Assembly (NCBI GenBank): GCA_043754075.1
Contig: JAYUVL010000007.1
Coordinates: 1 to 40,978, forward strand
DNA length: 40,978 nt
Direction of reading: 5' to 3'
Source: Cytophagales bacterium
GTDB taxonomy: Bacteria; Bacteroidota; Bacteroidia; Cytophagales; Thermoflexibacteraceae
The translations under genes were made by a program, and so were the position numbers. This document shows, one piece after another, positions 23,683-32,444 of the stretch (positions are counted from its first letter, which is position 1; each line of letters begins with the position of its first letter). The notes under the pieces are model-generated. The model saw nothing but the letters and a program-made list of their open reading frames with translations, had not been told where the DNA came from and searched no databases.

Positions 23683-24618
23683 TCAGGGCCGGCCCAACCC
23701 CGACAATGCCTCGTGCAACAAGCCCGCGATGCTGATCAGGGTCACAAAATCGCCCTCGGCCCGAAGCGCATTGGGGTGGGAGTCGGTCACGCCGATCCGC
23801 TCAATGAGTTGGCAGTCCCGCAGTTTGGCCAGTGCTTGGTTGGAAAACAGCCCATGGGTGGCCAGCACAAAGATTTGGGTGGCCCCGGCCTCGCGGTAGG
23901 CGCGGGCAGCTTGCACCAGCGAACCGCCCGTACGGATCATGTCGTCATAAATGATGACGGTTTTGTCTTGTACGTCGGCATTGACCCCGGTAAGTTGAGT
24001 TTCACTGCCGCTGGATCGCCGTTTATAGACAAAGGCCGCCCGTACGTCCATGTCATTGGCCAATGATTCCACCCATTTGGCCCGGCCCGCATCGGTAGAA
24101 GCCAGCACAAAATCTCGGCCGGCCAGTTGGCGCGCTGCTGCCGTGATCAGCGGCTTGGCGTATAGGTGCAGCGTGCGGGTTCCTCCTTCAAAATAGTGGG
24201 GAATGCCCTCTGAATGAAGATCGACACAAATGACCCGGTTGCCAAAATAGGCTTGGGGAATGGCCGATAGCAAGCGCGCTCTGGTCTTGGCCGTGACCAC
24301 TTCGCCCCATTTGGCGGCCCGCTCCATCGTGGCGTAACCGTAGAACGGGATGATGATGTTGAGTTTGCGGGCCCCCAGTTCCACTAGTCCGCAGGCCAGA
24401 TCGTAAAGCTCGAGCGTGTCAGCATCGGAAATGCTCCCCCCGATCAGCACCACTTCCCGGTTTTCGATCAGTGAACCAAAGCGGTAATAGTGCTCTCCAT
24501 CGGGAAAGGTAGTGGCCTCTATCACCCCAGCCTCATACTGGCCAGTTTTCAATAGTTTGTTTTTCAGGTAGTTGTAAGATTGAGTGGAAAAAACGAGCAT
24601 TTGATCGGGGTTGGGCAT
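23683..24618 (-). CDS. Ribose-phosphate pyrophosphokinase (Prs) family protein, divergent
   Basis: It is collinear with Prs: FPDGE, IIPFYGYA..., VDLHS and the PRPP loop IIYDDMIRTGGS. The canonical RQDR is replaced by TMER. The start is ambiguous among TTG 24624, ATG 24618 and ATG 24600. Confidence 0.65.
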   Translation of the reverse strand: MPNPDQMLVFSTQSYNYLKNKLLKTGQYEAGVIEATTFPDGEHYYRFGSLIENREVVLIGGSISDADTLELYDLACGLVELGARKLNIIIPFYGYATMERAAKWGEVVTAKTRARLLSAIPQAYFGNRVICVDLHSEGIPHYFEGGTRTLHLYAKPLITAAARQLAGRDFVLASTDAGRAKWVESLANDMDVRAAFVYKRRSSGSETQLTGVNADVQDKTVIIYDDMIRTGGSLVQAARAYREAGATQIFVLATHGLFSNQALAKLRDCQLIERIGVTDSHPNALRAEGDFVTLISIAGLLHEALSGLGRP

Positions 24619-24694
24619 GGCCAAGTGTGCGGGATTATTGAATAAAATAGATAAATTAACGGGAAAATTAAAGAAAGACCATCACAAACTTCTT

Positions 24695-25444
24695 ATGAGA
24701 ACGAAAAAGACATGTTTATCATCCTTGGCCTGTGGACTGTTATTGGCCGGGCCGATCATGGCCCAAGATTTCACCAAACCTGAGACCACCGAATTTTATG
24801 AGCCCGTGCCCAAGATCGTCAAACCGGCCCCGGTGGGCCAAGCGCCCTCGGATGCGGTCGTGCTCTTTGATGGTAAAAACCTGGACAATTGGGTGAGCGC
24901 AAAAGACGGGAGCGCCGCTAAATGGAAACTGGCCGACGGTGCAGTGACGGTCGTGGGCGGCACCGGCGACATTAAGACCAAACAGGAATTTGGCGATTTC
25001 CAATTGCACATTGAATGGCGCTCGCCGCAAGAGCCAGCCACCGCCAAAGGCCAGGGCCGGGGCAACAGCGGTATTTTCTTACAGGGGATGTACGAGGTGC
25101 AAGTGCTCAACTCCTATGAAAACACCACTTATACCAACGGCCAAGCGGCCAGTATTTATAAACAATCGCCCCCGATGGTGAATGCGTGCGCAGTGGCTGG
25201 CGAGTGGAACGCGTATGATATTGTTTACACTGCTCCCCGGTTTCGCAAAAATGGATCGGTCGAAACCCCGGCCTACGTCACGGTACTCCACAATGGGGTG
25301 ATCGTACAGCACCATACGGCCATCCAAGGTACGACCGAGTACATTGGCCCGCCGAAGAACCCCATGCACGGCAAAGGGCCGATCCGGCTCCAAGATCATG
25401 GCAATCAAGTGAGTTTCCGCAACATCTGGATCCGGGAACTGTAA
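24695..25444 (+). CDS. Secreted DUF1080 (3-keto-disaccharide hydrolase-like, concanavalin-type) protein
   Basis: A signal peptide (SSLACGLLLAGPIMAQD) is present. GNSGIFLQGMYEVQVLNS and GPIRLQDHGNQVSFRNIWIREL are typical DUF1080 endings. Confidence 0.75.
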   Translation: MRTKKTCLSSLACGLLLAGPIMAQDFTKPETTEFYEPVPKIVKPAPVGQAPSDAVVLFDGKNLDNWVSAKDGSAAKWKLADGAVTVVGGTGDIKTKQEFGDFQLHIEWRSPQEPATAKGQGRGNSGIFLQGMYEVQVLNSYENTTYTNGQAASIYKQSPPMVNACAVAGEWNAYDIVYTAPRFRKNGSVETPAYVTVLHNGVIVQHHTAIQGTTEYIGPPKNPMHGKGPIRLQDHGNQVSFRNIWIREL

Positions 25445-25476
25445 CCGGTTGAAGGGCTCCTCACTTGTGGTTTTCC

Positions 25477-25509
25477 GCTCCCGTTTCGGCCAGAAACGGG
25501 AGCTTTTTT
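25477..25509 (+). terminator. Rho-independent terminator after the DUF1080 gene
   Basis: The 11-bp stem gctcccgtttc / gaaacgggagc has a 5 nt loop and is followed by a T6 run. Confidence 0.85.
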
Positions 25510-25589
25510 GTCCCTGCCAACGATCCCCGGGCTGGGGGGCGGCCACAAATTGGGCCATTTAGTGGGCCAACATCGATCCAAGAATTCAG

Positions 25590-25597
25590 TATCTTTG
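25590..25597 (+). promoter_or_regulatory. Bacteroidetes-type -7 promoter motif TATCTTTG upstream of the ABC transporter gene
   Basis: This is an exact TAnnTTTG match 64 nt upstream of the ATG at 25661. It lies inside the longer track ORF, which argues for the shorter start. Confidence 0.3.
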
Positions 25598-25660
25598 TGG
25601 GCTGGCCCAACAAGCAAAACCAAACCATCTTTGACCAGCACACTCCCAATCTTTCCATTT

Positions 25661-27433
25661 ATGGCACAACCCGAAAGTGGCAGCGGCAAAATATTTGACC
25701 TAAAAGTCCTTTCCGGGATTTTTGTCTTCATCAAACCCTATCTGCTTAAATTTTATACGTTAATATTTTTAACCATCTTGATGGGCGTGCTGACCCCCGT
25801 CCGGCCCTTCCTCATTCAATACACCATCGATGAGTTTGTCATGTTTGGCAATATGGATGGTTTGATTTGGATGACTTGGGTGCAAATCGGCCTCGTGGTT
25901 TTTCAAGCATTGATCCAATTTTACAGCACTTTTTTGTCCAATTACATTGGCCAATATGTGATCCGGGACATTCGGGTAGCGTTGTACCGCCACTTGCTCA
26001 GCCTCAAGACCCAATATTTTGATCGGACTCCCGTGGGGCGGCTCATTACCCGCAACATCTCCGATGTGGAAACCTTGAACAATGTGTTTACCGAGGGTTT
26101 GGCGGCCATTGTGGGCGATATGCTCCAATTAATCTTTATTTTGGGCTTGATGTTCTACACTGATTGGCGGCTTACGCTGGTCAGCCTTTCCACTTTTCCG
26201 CTGCTGTTTTTGGCCACGTATATTTTCAAAGAAAAAATCAAGGCATCGTTCAACGATGTGCGCACCGCCGTGGCCAACCTGAATTCCTTCGTGCAGGAGC
26301 ACATTACCGGGATGAGCATTGTGCAGATCTTCGGCAGTGAGGCCACTGAATACCAGAAGTTCCAGGAAATCAACCGTGAGCACCGCCGGGCCAACCTCAA
26401 ATCGGTAAAATATTACTCGATCTATTTTCCGGTGGCCGAAGTGATCGGGGCCATTGCCACTGGGATGCTGGTCTGGTACGGGGCCCGGGGGGTCATCGGG
26501 GAACAAATGACCCTCGGCTCCCTCATTGCGTTCATCATGTACATTGGGATGTTTTTTCGGCCCATCCGCATGATCGCCGACCGGTTCAATACCCTCCAAT
26601 TGGGCATTGTGAGCGGCGACCGGATCCTCAAAATCCTCACCAGCGAGGATCAAATTCAAAACACCGGCCACTTCAAACCCGCCACCATCCAAGGAAATGT
26701 CAAATTTGATGCGGTCTGGTTTGCCTACGAAGCCGAAAACTACGTGCTGAAAAATATCAGCTTTGAGGCCAAGGCCGGCCAGACAATTGCGCTGGTCGGG
26801 GCCACTGGGGCGGGCAAATCGTCTACGATCAACTTGCTAAGCCGCTTTTATGATGTCAATAAAGGCAAAATAGAGCTGGATGGGCGCGATCTGCGTGATT
26901 ATGAGCTCGATTTCCTGCGCGAAAAAATCGGGGTGGTGCTGCAAGATGTGTTCTTGTTTTCGGACAGTATTTTGGCCAACATTACCTTGGGCAATCCCGA
27001 TATCAGCCGGGAGCGGGTGTTGGCCGCCGCCGAGTTGGTGGGTGCGCTGCCGTTCATCGAGCGGCTGCCCGGCGGGCTGGACTACAACGTGATGGAGCGC
27101 GGTGCTACCCTTTCGGTGGGCCAACGCCAACTCATCTCCTTCGTGCGCGCCATGGTCTATGATCCGGCTGTCATCATTTTGGACGAGGCTACTTCCTCGG
27201 TGGACAGCGAGACCGAAGAACTGATCCAGCAGGCCATTGATAAAATGCTGCGCGGGCGCACCTCCATCGTAATCGCCCACCGCTTGGCCACTATTCAAAA
27301 AGCCGACAAGATTATTGTGCTCGACAAAGGCGAGATCAAGGAGGAGGGCACTCACGAAGAACTGCTGGCCAAAGGCGGCTACTACGCCAACCTGCACCAA
27401 ATGCAGTACAAAGAAGTGATGGGCAAGGCCTAA
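25661..27433 (+). CDS. ABC exporter, fused permease/ATPase (MsbA/multidrug-type)
   Basis: A six-TM N-terminal half is present. The ATPase motifs are Walker A GATGAGKSST, the signature LSVGQRQL, Walker B VIILDEATS and the H-loop IAHRL. Confidence 0.85.
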   Translation: MAQPESGSGKIFDLKVLSGIFVFIKPYLLKFYTLIFLTILMGVLTPVRPFLIQYTIDEFVMFGNMDGLIWMTWVQIGLVVFQALIQFYSTFLSNYIGQYVIRDIRVALYRHLLSLKTQYFDRTPVGRLITRNISDVETLNNVFTEGLAAIVGDMLQLIFILGLMFYTDWRLTLVSLSTFPLLFLATYIFKEKIKASFNDVRTAVANLNSFVQEHITGMSIVQIFGSEATEYQKFQEINREHRRANLKSVKYYSIYFPVAEVIGAIATGMLVWYGARGVIGEQMTLGSLIAFIMYIGMFFRPIRMIADRFNTLQLGIVSGDRILKILTSEDQIQNTGHFKPATIQGNVKFDAVWFAYEAENYVLKNISFEAKAGQTIALVGATGAGKSSTINLLSRFYDVNKGKIELDGRDLRDYELDFLREKIGVVLQDVFLFSDSILANITLGNPDISRERVLAAAELVGALPFIERLPGGLDYNVMERGATLSVGQRQLISFVRAMVYDPAVIILDEATSSVDSETEELIQQAIDKMLRGRTSIVIAHRLATIQKADKIIVLDKGEIKEEGTHEELLAKGGYYANLHQMQYKEVMGKA

Positions 27434-27601
27434 CCGCTGGGGTTGGTCTGATCGGTGGATGTAAGCCTTTCCCTCGAGGCCAGCAAGGCCGGCCTCGGAA
27501 AGCATCATTTCATGGGCGTTTCACTGGGGAAAGGTTGGGCGGACAGGAGTGCCCTTCCCCACAACCTGCTGCAAGTGCAGCAACACCGATATCGCCAAGA
27601 A

Positions 27602-27619
27602 CGTCTCCCACGTCTCCCA
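27602..27619. repeat. Perfect tandem duplication of the 9-mer CGTCTCCCA
   Basis: Read directly from the sequence at 27602-27610 and 27611-27619, inside the 435-bp non-coding spacer. Confidence 0.9.
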
Positions 27620-27830
27620 AAACCCTGAGTAAAAGGGCAAGGATTGAGGTTTCGGGGGCATTTTGACCACCCAGCGCAAGCCCGAAGCGGTCAGGGCAAG
27701 TGATGACCACTGCCCTAGTGGGTCTGGTAACCGGGCCAACTATTGCCCAGCGAGTGAGCCAATCAACTTGGGGTTTGATTGCGAAAGTATTGCTTAATTT
27801 GCGATGAAATGGCCCGAGCCTTTTGCCCTT

Positions 27831-27842
27831 GGCCAATTGGCC
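27831..27842. promoter_or_regulatory. Perfect 12-bp palindrome GGCCAATTGGCC 27 nt upstream of the kdgK-like start; candidate operator
   Basis: The palindrome is read directly from the sequence. Its position relative to the ATG at 27869 suggests a regulatory site, but no regulator gene is adjacent. Confidence 0.3.
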
Positions 27843-27868
27843 GGGGTTTACACCTCAAACATCAGCGT

Positions 27869-28909
27869 ATGTCCTCATTTCCACGGATAGTTTCTTTTGG
27901 CGAAATCATGCTCCGGCTGTCGCCCCCGGGCCATCAGCGTTTTACCCAAGCCAACAGCTTAGAAGTTGTGTATGGAGGCGGGGAAGCCAATGTGGCCGTT
28001 GGTTTGGCGCAGTTGGGCCATGATTCCGCCTATGTCACCCGTCTCCCGGGCCACGATCTTGGCCGGTCGGTCGCGATGTACCTCCGCCGGCTGGGGGTTG
28101 ATACCCGCCCAATTCTGTACGGGGGCGAAAAGTTGGGGATTTACTTTTTGGAAACCGGAGCGGCCCATCGGGCCAGTAAGGTGATCTACGATCGGGCGCA
28201 CTCGGCCTTTGCCGAAATCGGACCGGGCATGGTCGATTGGGAAAGGGTATTGGCCGGGGCCACGTGGTTTCATTGGTGCGGGATCACGCCGGCCGTGTCT
28301 CAGGGGGCGGCCGATGCGTGCCTGGAAGCCATCCACACTGCCAACCGCTTGGGGATCAAGGTGTCCACCGACTTGAACTACCGGGCCAACCTGTGGAAAT
28401 ATGGCAAAAAGCCCGTCGAGGTAATGCCCGCACTAGTGGCCGGCTGCGATCTGATCTTGGCCGGGGAAGATGTGGCCGAGATCATGCTGGGGCTGCAAGC
28501 CGCGCCCATGCACGGCGGCAGTGGCACTTCGGCCGATCATGTGCGGCAATTTTGCGAAAAGTTGCAACAAGCGTATCCCAAATGCAGCAAAGTGGCGGTT
28601 ACGCTCCGGCAATCGGTCAATGCCTCCCACAATGCGGTGTCGGCCATGCTGTATGCTGGGCAAATGCTGTTTCAAGCCCCCACCCATGACATCACCCATA
28701 TCGTGGATCGGATCGGGGCCGGTGATGCCTTCATGGCCGCGCTGATCCACGGTCAGTTGACCTATCTGGGCGATGATCAACGGGCGCTAGATTTTGCCAC
28801 GGCGGCCTACGCCTACAAGCATACCATTCCCGGCGATGCCCTGGTGGCTTCGGCAGCCGAGATTGAGGGACTGATGCGGATGGACAATGCCGGCCGGGTG
28901 GCACGGTAG
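27869..28909 (+). CDS. kdgK: PfkB-family sugar kinase, probable 2-dehydro-3-deoxygluconokinase
   Basis: IVSFGEIMLRLSPPG...VVYGGGEANVAVGLAQLG matches the N-terminal pattern of KDG kinases. The PfkB signature DRIGAGDAFMAAL is present. I chose the ATG at 27869. Confidence 0.7.
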   Translation: MSSFPRIVSFGEIMLRLSPPGHQRFTQANSLEVVYGGGEANVAVGLAQLGHDSAYVTRLPGHDLGRSVAMYLRRLGVDTRPILYGGEKLGIYFLETGAAHRASKVIYDRAHSAFAEIGPGMVDWERVLAGATWFHWCGITPAVSQGAADACLEAIHTANRLGIKVSTDLNYRANLWKYGKKPVEVMPALVAGCDLILAGEDVAEIMLGLQAAPMHGGSGTSADHVRQFCEKLQQAYPKCSKVAVTLRQSVNASHNAVSAMLYAGQMLFQAPTHDITHIVDRIGAGDAFMAALIHGQLTYLGDDQRALDFATAAYAYKHTIPGDALVASAAEIEGLMRMDNAGRVAR

Positions 28910-28919
28910 GCCCGATTTA

Positions 28920-29555
28920 TTAGAGCGGAACGACCAATTCGGGCACCGGAGCTTGCTGATCCACAAATCGCTGGTAAATATGGCTGATCGACTGATAGGA
29001 ACCTTCCAATAATTTGGGCATTTTGTCCGTTTCCACCCATTTCACTTTGGTAATCGCTTCGGCGGTTTGGGGCTTTAGGCGAGAATCATCGACACATTCC
29101 ATGTAGTACCACGTTGTTTTTTTCAAGGTGTTTTCTTTGCCCTGCATGTAAGTGTGCCACACCGTGCCCACCTTGCGGATCAGTTTGGCCCGCACCCCAC
29201 ATTCTTCTTCCACCTCCCGGACGGCCGCCGTTTTCTTGTCTTCTCGGTTCTCGAGTTTGCCTTTGGGCAAGTCCCACTTTCCCAACCTTTTTATCACCAA
29301 AACACTATTGCCTTTCTTCACAATTCCGCCAGCAGCCTCGATCACCGTGAACTTGGCTTTGATCTCCTGTTTTACCTGTTCGTAATCTTGAGGCAAAAAG
29401 TGGTATTGGCGAACCAATGACAGTTTCGTGTCCCTGATTTGTTCATAAATAGCTAACACCTCAGTGGCATTGGAGATGTTGAGCACTACTCCAGGGAGAT
29501 CAGCCACTGGCTTTTTTAGCACGTTCAACAAGATGTCGTTTACAAAAATTTTCAT
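28920..29555 (-). CDS. NUDIX hydrolase
   Basis: The Nudix box is GKLENREDKKTAAVREVEEECGV. I chose the ATG at 29555 (MKIFVND) over the TTG at 29564. Confidence 0.8.
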   Translation of the reverse strand: MKIFVNDILLNVLKKPVADLPGVVLNISNATEVLAIYEQIRDTKLSLVRQYHFLPQDYEQVKQEIKAKFTVIEAAGGIVKKGNSVLVIKRLGKWDLPKGKLENREDKKTAAVREVEEECGVRAKLIRKVGTVWHTYMQGKENTLKKTTWYYMECVDDSRLKPQTAEAITKVKWVETDKMPKLLEGSYQSISHIYQRFVDQQAPVPELVVPL

Positions 29556-29685
29556 GGTGACCAATGCCTAGTTTGGTGGGTGGTGCCGTCGAGCGGCCAA
29601 AGCGAGTAGGGCAATAAACTGCCGCGAAGATAGCATTTGTGGCCGATTTAATGCCACTTGGATCAAACTAAGGGCCTGCCCCGGA

Positions 29686-32340
29686 TCAAGCCAGTTTTTC
29701 GGGTGGCTCATCCTTAGGTGCGGAATCTGGGCCACCCGCTGTGTCTGGGCCAAGCTCAGGGGCATTGGGCGGCGGAACGTTGGTGGGTTGTTTCATGAAC
29801 CAAAGCTTGCGGGCCTGTCCACCGGTCAATTTCTCCACCACCAAGCCCATGTCCAAGCTCCCCGCCAACACCAGTTCCCGGAGTTGTCCGTACAGGTAAG
29901 ACACCAACAAAAGCAGTGAACCGATGAACAGGGTGGACAAAATGCGGCCCGAAACATTGATCCGCCAAAAATCGTACACGCCAAATTTGACCAAAGTAGC
30001 CCCCAAGATGAACAGGGACAGCATTCGGAAATCTTTCAATTGATAGCGAGTGCCGATCAGCAGGAAGGCAAAGGCGCACAAAGGCCAAAGGAGGGTGTAG
30101 CCAAACAAACGGCTGTTGTTTAGTATATCGTCAATTTTAAAGTCGTCATTGTACAGGAACACAACCAAGTGGTGATCGAACTCGGCGGTGGCGAAGAACA
30201 CCACCCCAAAACCGACAAACCACAGCGCATAATCCCAGTGGAGTTGAGTCTCCTCGGCACGGATTTTTTGGTATTCGCTGTAAGCCAAGGTAAACAAACA
30301 AGCGATGCTGAGCACCAAACTGAAATAGTGCGTCACGAAGGTGTAGAGTGGGGCGCGGCCCGCCAAGAACAGGTTCCGTAGATCAACCACACCCAAATGG
30401 ACGAACAACATATAAGACAGCACGGCAGCAATGAGGCTCCACCGCGCTACTTTTTTGAGCACGGTCACGTGTATGCGCTCGCTCACCACACCCAGGGCCA
30501 GGGCGAAGACACTGTTGTAGATCGCGATCAACAATCGCTGGTACTCCCGGTTAAAGATATTGTGCTTGTACAACTCAACGTTGCCCGTAGCATAGAACAA
30601 CAGGAGCGCAAGGCCGCCCAAAAGGCCAATGTAGCTCTCCACCGTAAAGGTGAGCAACATTTCGGTCTTGTCCCGCTTGAGCAGCAGCAATATACAGCCC
30701 ACCAAACCGATGATGGTAAGACCGGTGGATTGCCCGGCCAGATTGAACAAAAAATCCTCGCTCCCCAGCCAATATGCCCGGTGCCAAACGATCGACAATG
30801 CCACCAAGGACAGCGCCAGGGTAAAGGCCGAGAAATCGCGCAGGAGTTGCAACTTGCCCGCTTGAGCCAGCCAGATCAACCCGACCGTTTCCACCAGCCA
30901 ATAAGCGTGGCGGCCGCTGGTCGATTTGAACAGGAAAGGAGCAGTGGTGGTGAGGCTGATCAGCGCAATGACGATCAGGTAGCGCAGCAGCTTGGCATCT
31001 TTCTGGGGGTTGCGGTAGAGGATCCAAGCGTAAATCCCATTGAAAAGCCCAAACCCCAGCATGAACAGTCCTAAATAGCGGTTGGTTAGACTGCTGGCCT
31101 CCAGTAAAATGTAAATGACCCAAAAATAGAGAATGTCATTGATGACAAACAGCCAATAATCGCGCTCGCTCAAGGCCACTTCGCCTTCCTCGGTGACCAC
31201 CCGCCGGAGGCTATGAACGATGAACATGAGGAAAAACAGCAGGTAGAACAGGGTGGCGAACAGAAAACCGGTAACAAAAATGGACTCATCGCCAAGTTTG
31301 ATGCGCATCAGGTACAGCCAACTGCCAAAAACGATGACGGTGGTCACAAAAGTGAGGTCATCTACCGACTGCCATTGTTTAATGTACCCCACTACTATCA
31401 TTCCGGCATTCATCACCAACAGATAAGTGAAGAACAGGCCATAATTAACTTCATCGGCCCGGATCAAGAAGGGGGTCAAATAGATGCCGACCAGCGCCAG
31501 CAGGGCAAAAAACCAGTGGTCATAATAAAATGCCAAATAAATGGCCCCCCCGGTGATGCCGATCTTGAATGCCATGGCCCCCAGTTGGGGCAAAAAGTCA
31601 TACTCGGCGTAGGACAGGTACGAGGTATAATACAAAATGCTCAGCCCGCCTGCCGAATACAGGATACTCATGGTTTCGTTTTTGACAGTGTTGCGGTAGC
31701 CGAGGTAGAACAACAGCCCCGCCGCAAAAGTCCCGACCAGCACTTGCTCCAGCGCACCCAACACTCCAATGTTGATACCATGGCGCACCAAAATGCCCAA
31801 GCCCAGGGTGAATACCAGCACCCCAATTTTGCCAATCACATTTTCGTACAGGTATTGCTCCAGATCTTGGCGGCTTCGTTTCAGGGCCTCGCGGGCCCGT
31901 TGCTGGTCGCGCTCAGAGAGAATGCTGGCTCTGCGCGGCCCTGCCACTGGCTGGACGATTTCTTCGGTGGCGGCTTGTTCCTCAAATGCCTTCAGTCTAT
32001 ATACTTTCTTTTCTATCTTGTCGTAATCCACCGTAGGAAACTCGGGATCTTCCACTTGGTCGCGGTCTTGTTGCTCGCGCTGGCGGAGGCTGGTGTGGAA
32101 CGGGTAATGACTGAGGTTGAGAAAATCTTCCTCGGTCACGAAGGTGCTCTTTTGCCGGAGCAGTTCGTATTCCTCGTCTTGGGTGATGGGGAGGTATTCG
32201 TGCCCCTTGTTGCGGATCCGGTCGCGGTTTTGGGCCACCTCCTGTTTGAAAACTTCCAGGCGTTTGGCCAACTCATCCAATTGGTTGGGCTTGTCGTGCT
32301 TGTCCGGGGAGAGGGGATCGGGGCTGACCGGGGGGTTCAT
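29686..32340 (-). CDS. Large polytopic membrane protein, DUF2339-like
   Basis: An N-terminal soluble, charged and coiled region of about 190 aa is followed by more than 20 hydrophobic segments. The family assignment is from memory of this architecture. I chose the ATG at 32340. Confidence 0.5.
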   Translation of the reverse strand: MNPPVSPDPLSPDKHDKPNQLDELAKRLEVFKQEVAQNRDRIRNKGHEYLPITQDEEYELLRQKSTFVTEEDFLNLSHYPFHTSLRQREQQDRDQVEDPEFPTVDYDKIEKKVYRLKAFEEQAATEEIVQPVAGPRRASILSERDQQRAREALKRSRQDLEQYLYENVIGKIGVLVFTLGLGILVRHGINIGVLGALEQVLVGTFAAGLLFYLGYRNTVKNETMSILYSAGGLSILYYTSYLSYAEYDFLPQLGAMAFKIGITGGAIYLAFYYDHWFFALLALVGIYLTPFLIRADEVNYGLFFTYLLVMNAGMIVVGYIKQWQSVDDLTFVTTVIVFGSWLYLMRIKLGDESIFVTGFLFATLFYLLFFLMFIVHSLRRVVTEEGEVALSERDYWLFVINDILYFWVIYILLEASSLTNRYLGLFMLGFGLFNGIYAWILYRNPQKDAKLLRYLIVIALISLTTTAPFLFKSTSGRHAYWLVETVGLIWLAQAGKLQLLRDFSAFTLALSLVALSIVWHRAYWLGSEDFLFNLAGQSTGLTIIGLVGCILLLLKRDKTEMLLTFTVESYIGLLGGLALLLFYATGNVELYKHNIFNREYQRLLIAIYNSVFALALGVVSERIHVTVLKKVARWSLIAAVLSYMLFVHLGVVDLRNLFLAGRAPLYTFVTHYFSLVLSIACLFTLAYSEYQKIRAEETQLHWDYALWFVGFGVVFFATAEFDHHLVVFLYNDDFKIDDILNNSRLFGYTLLWPLCAFAFLLIGTRYQLKDFRMLSLFILGATLVKFGVYDFWRINVSGRILSTLFIGSLLLLVSYLYGQLRELVLAGSLDMGLVVEKLTGGQARKLWFMKQPTNVPPPNAPELGPDTAGGPDSAPKDEPPEKLA

Positions 32341-32378
32341 CGCGCTTGGATTGCTTTTATTTAACCAGCAAGATAACA

Positions 32379-32417
32379 AAAAAAGCTGGCCAAACGGTGG
32401 TTTGGCCAGCTTTTTTT
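32379..32417 (-). terminator. Rho-independent (symmetrical) terminator after the pyrophosphatase gene
   Basis: The sequence is aaaaaagctggccaaac / gtttggccagctttttt. The stem is flanked by A- and T-runs and begins 28 nt downstream of the hppA stop. Confidence 0.8.
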
Positions 32418-32444
32418 GTTGCTGTTAAAATCAAATCTGACGGA

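Noticed and set aside
27510-27836. A 108-aa minus-strand ORF filling the ABC/kdgK spacer.
   Set aside because: I recognise no family and the composition is odd. The VLGDVGDVLGDIG stretch derives from the tandem 9-mer. Its start would sit 33 nt from the kdgK ATG. I kept it only as part of the unexplained-spacer finding.
27434-27868. A structured RNA gene (RNase P RNA, tmRNA, SRP RNA or tRNA) in the long spacer.
   Set aside because: I looked on both strands for the conserved strings I know: GAGGAAAGTCCGG-type P4, GGTTCGAnTCC T-loop and acceptor ends, and GGAAGGAAGCAGC of SRP RNA. I found none. This cannot be excluded without a covariance-model search.
23683-29555. The Prs-like gene and the NUDIX gene as parts of an NAD or nucleotide-based defence or counter-defence module.
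   Set aside because: The two genes are 4.3 kb apart and separated by unrelated genes. No NAMPT, NMNAT, SIR2, TIR or other partner is present, so the context is housekeeping.
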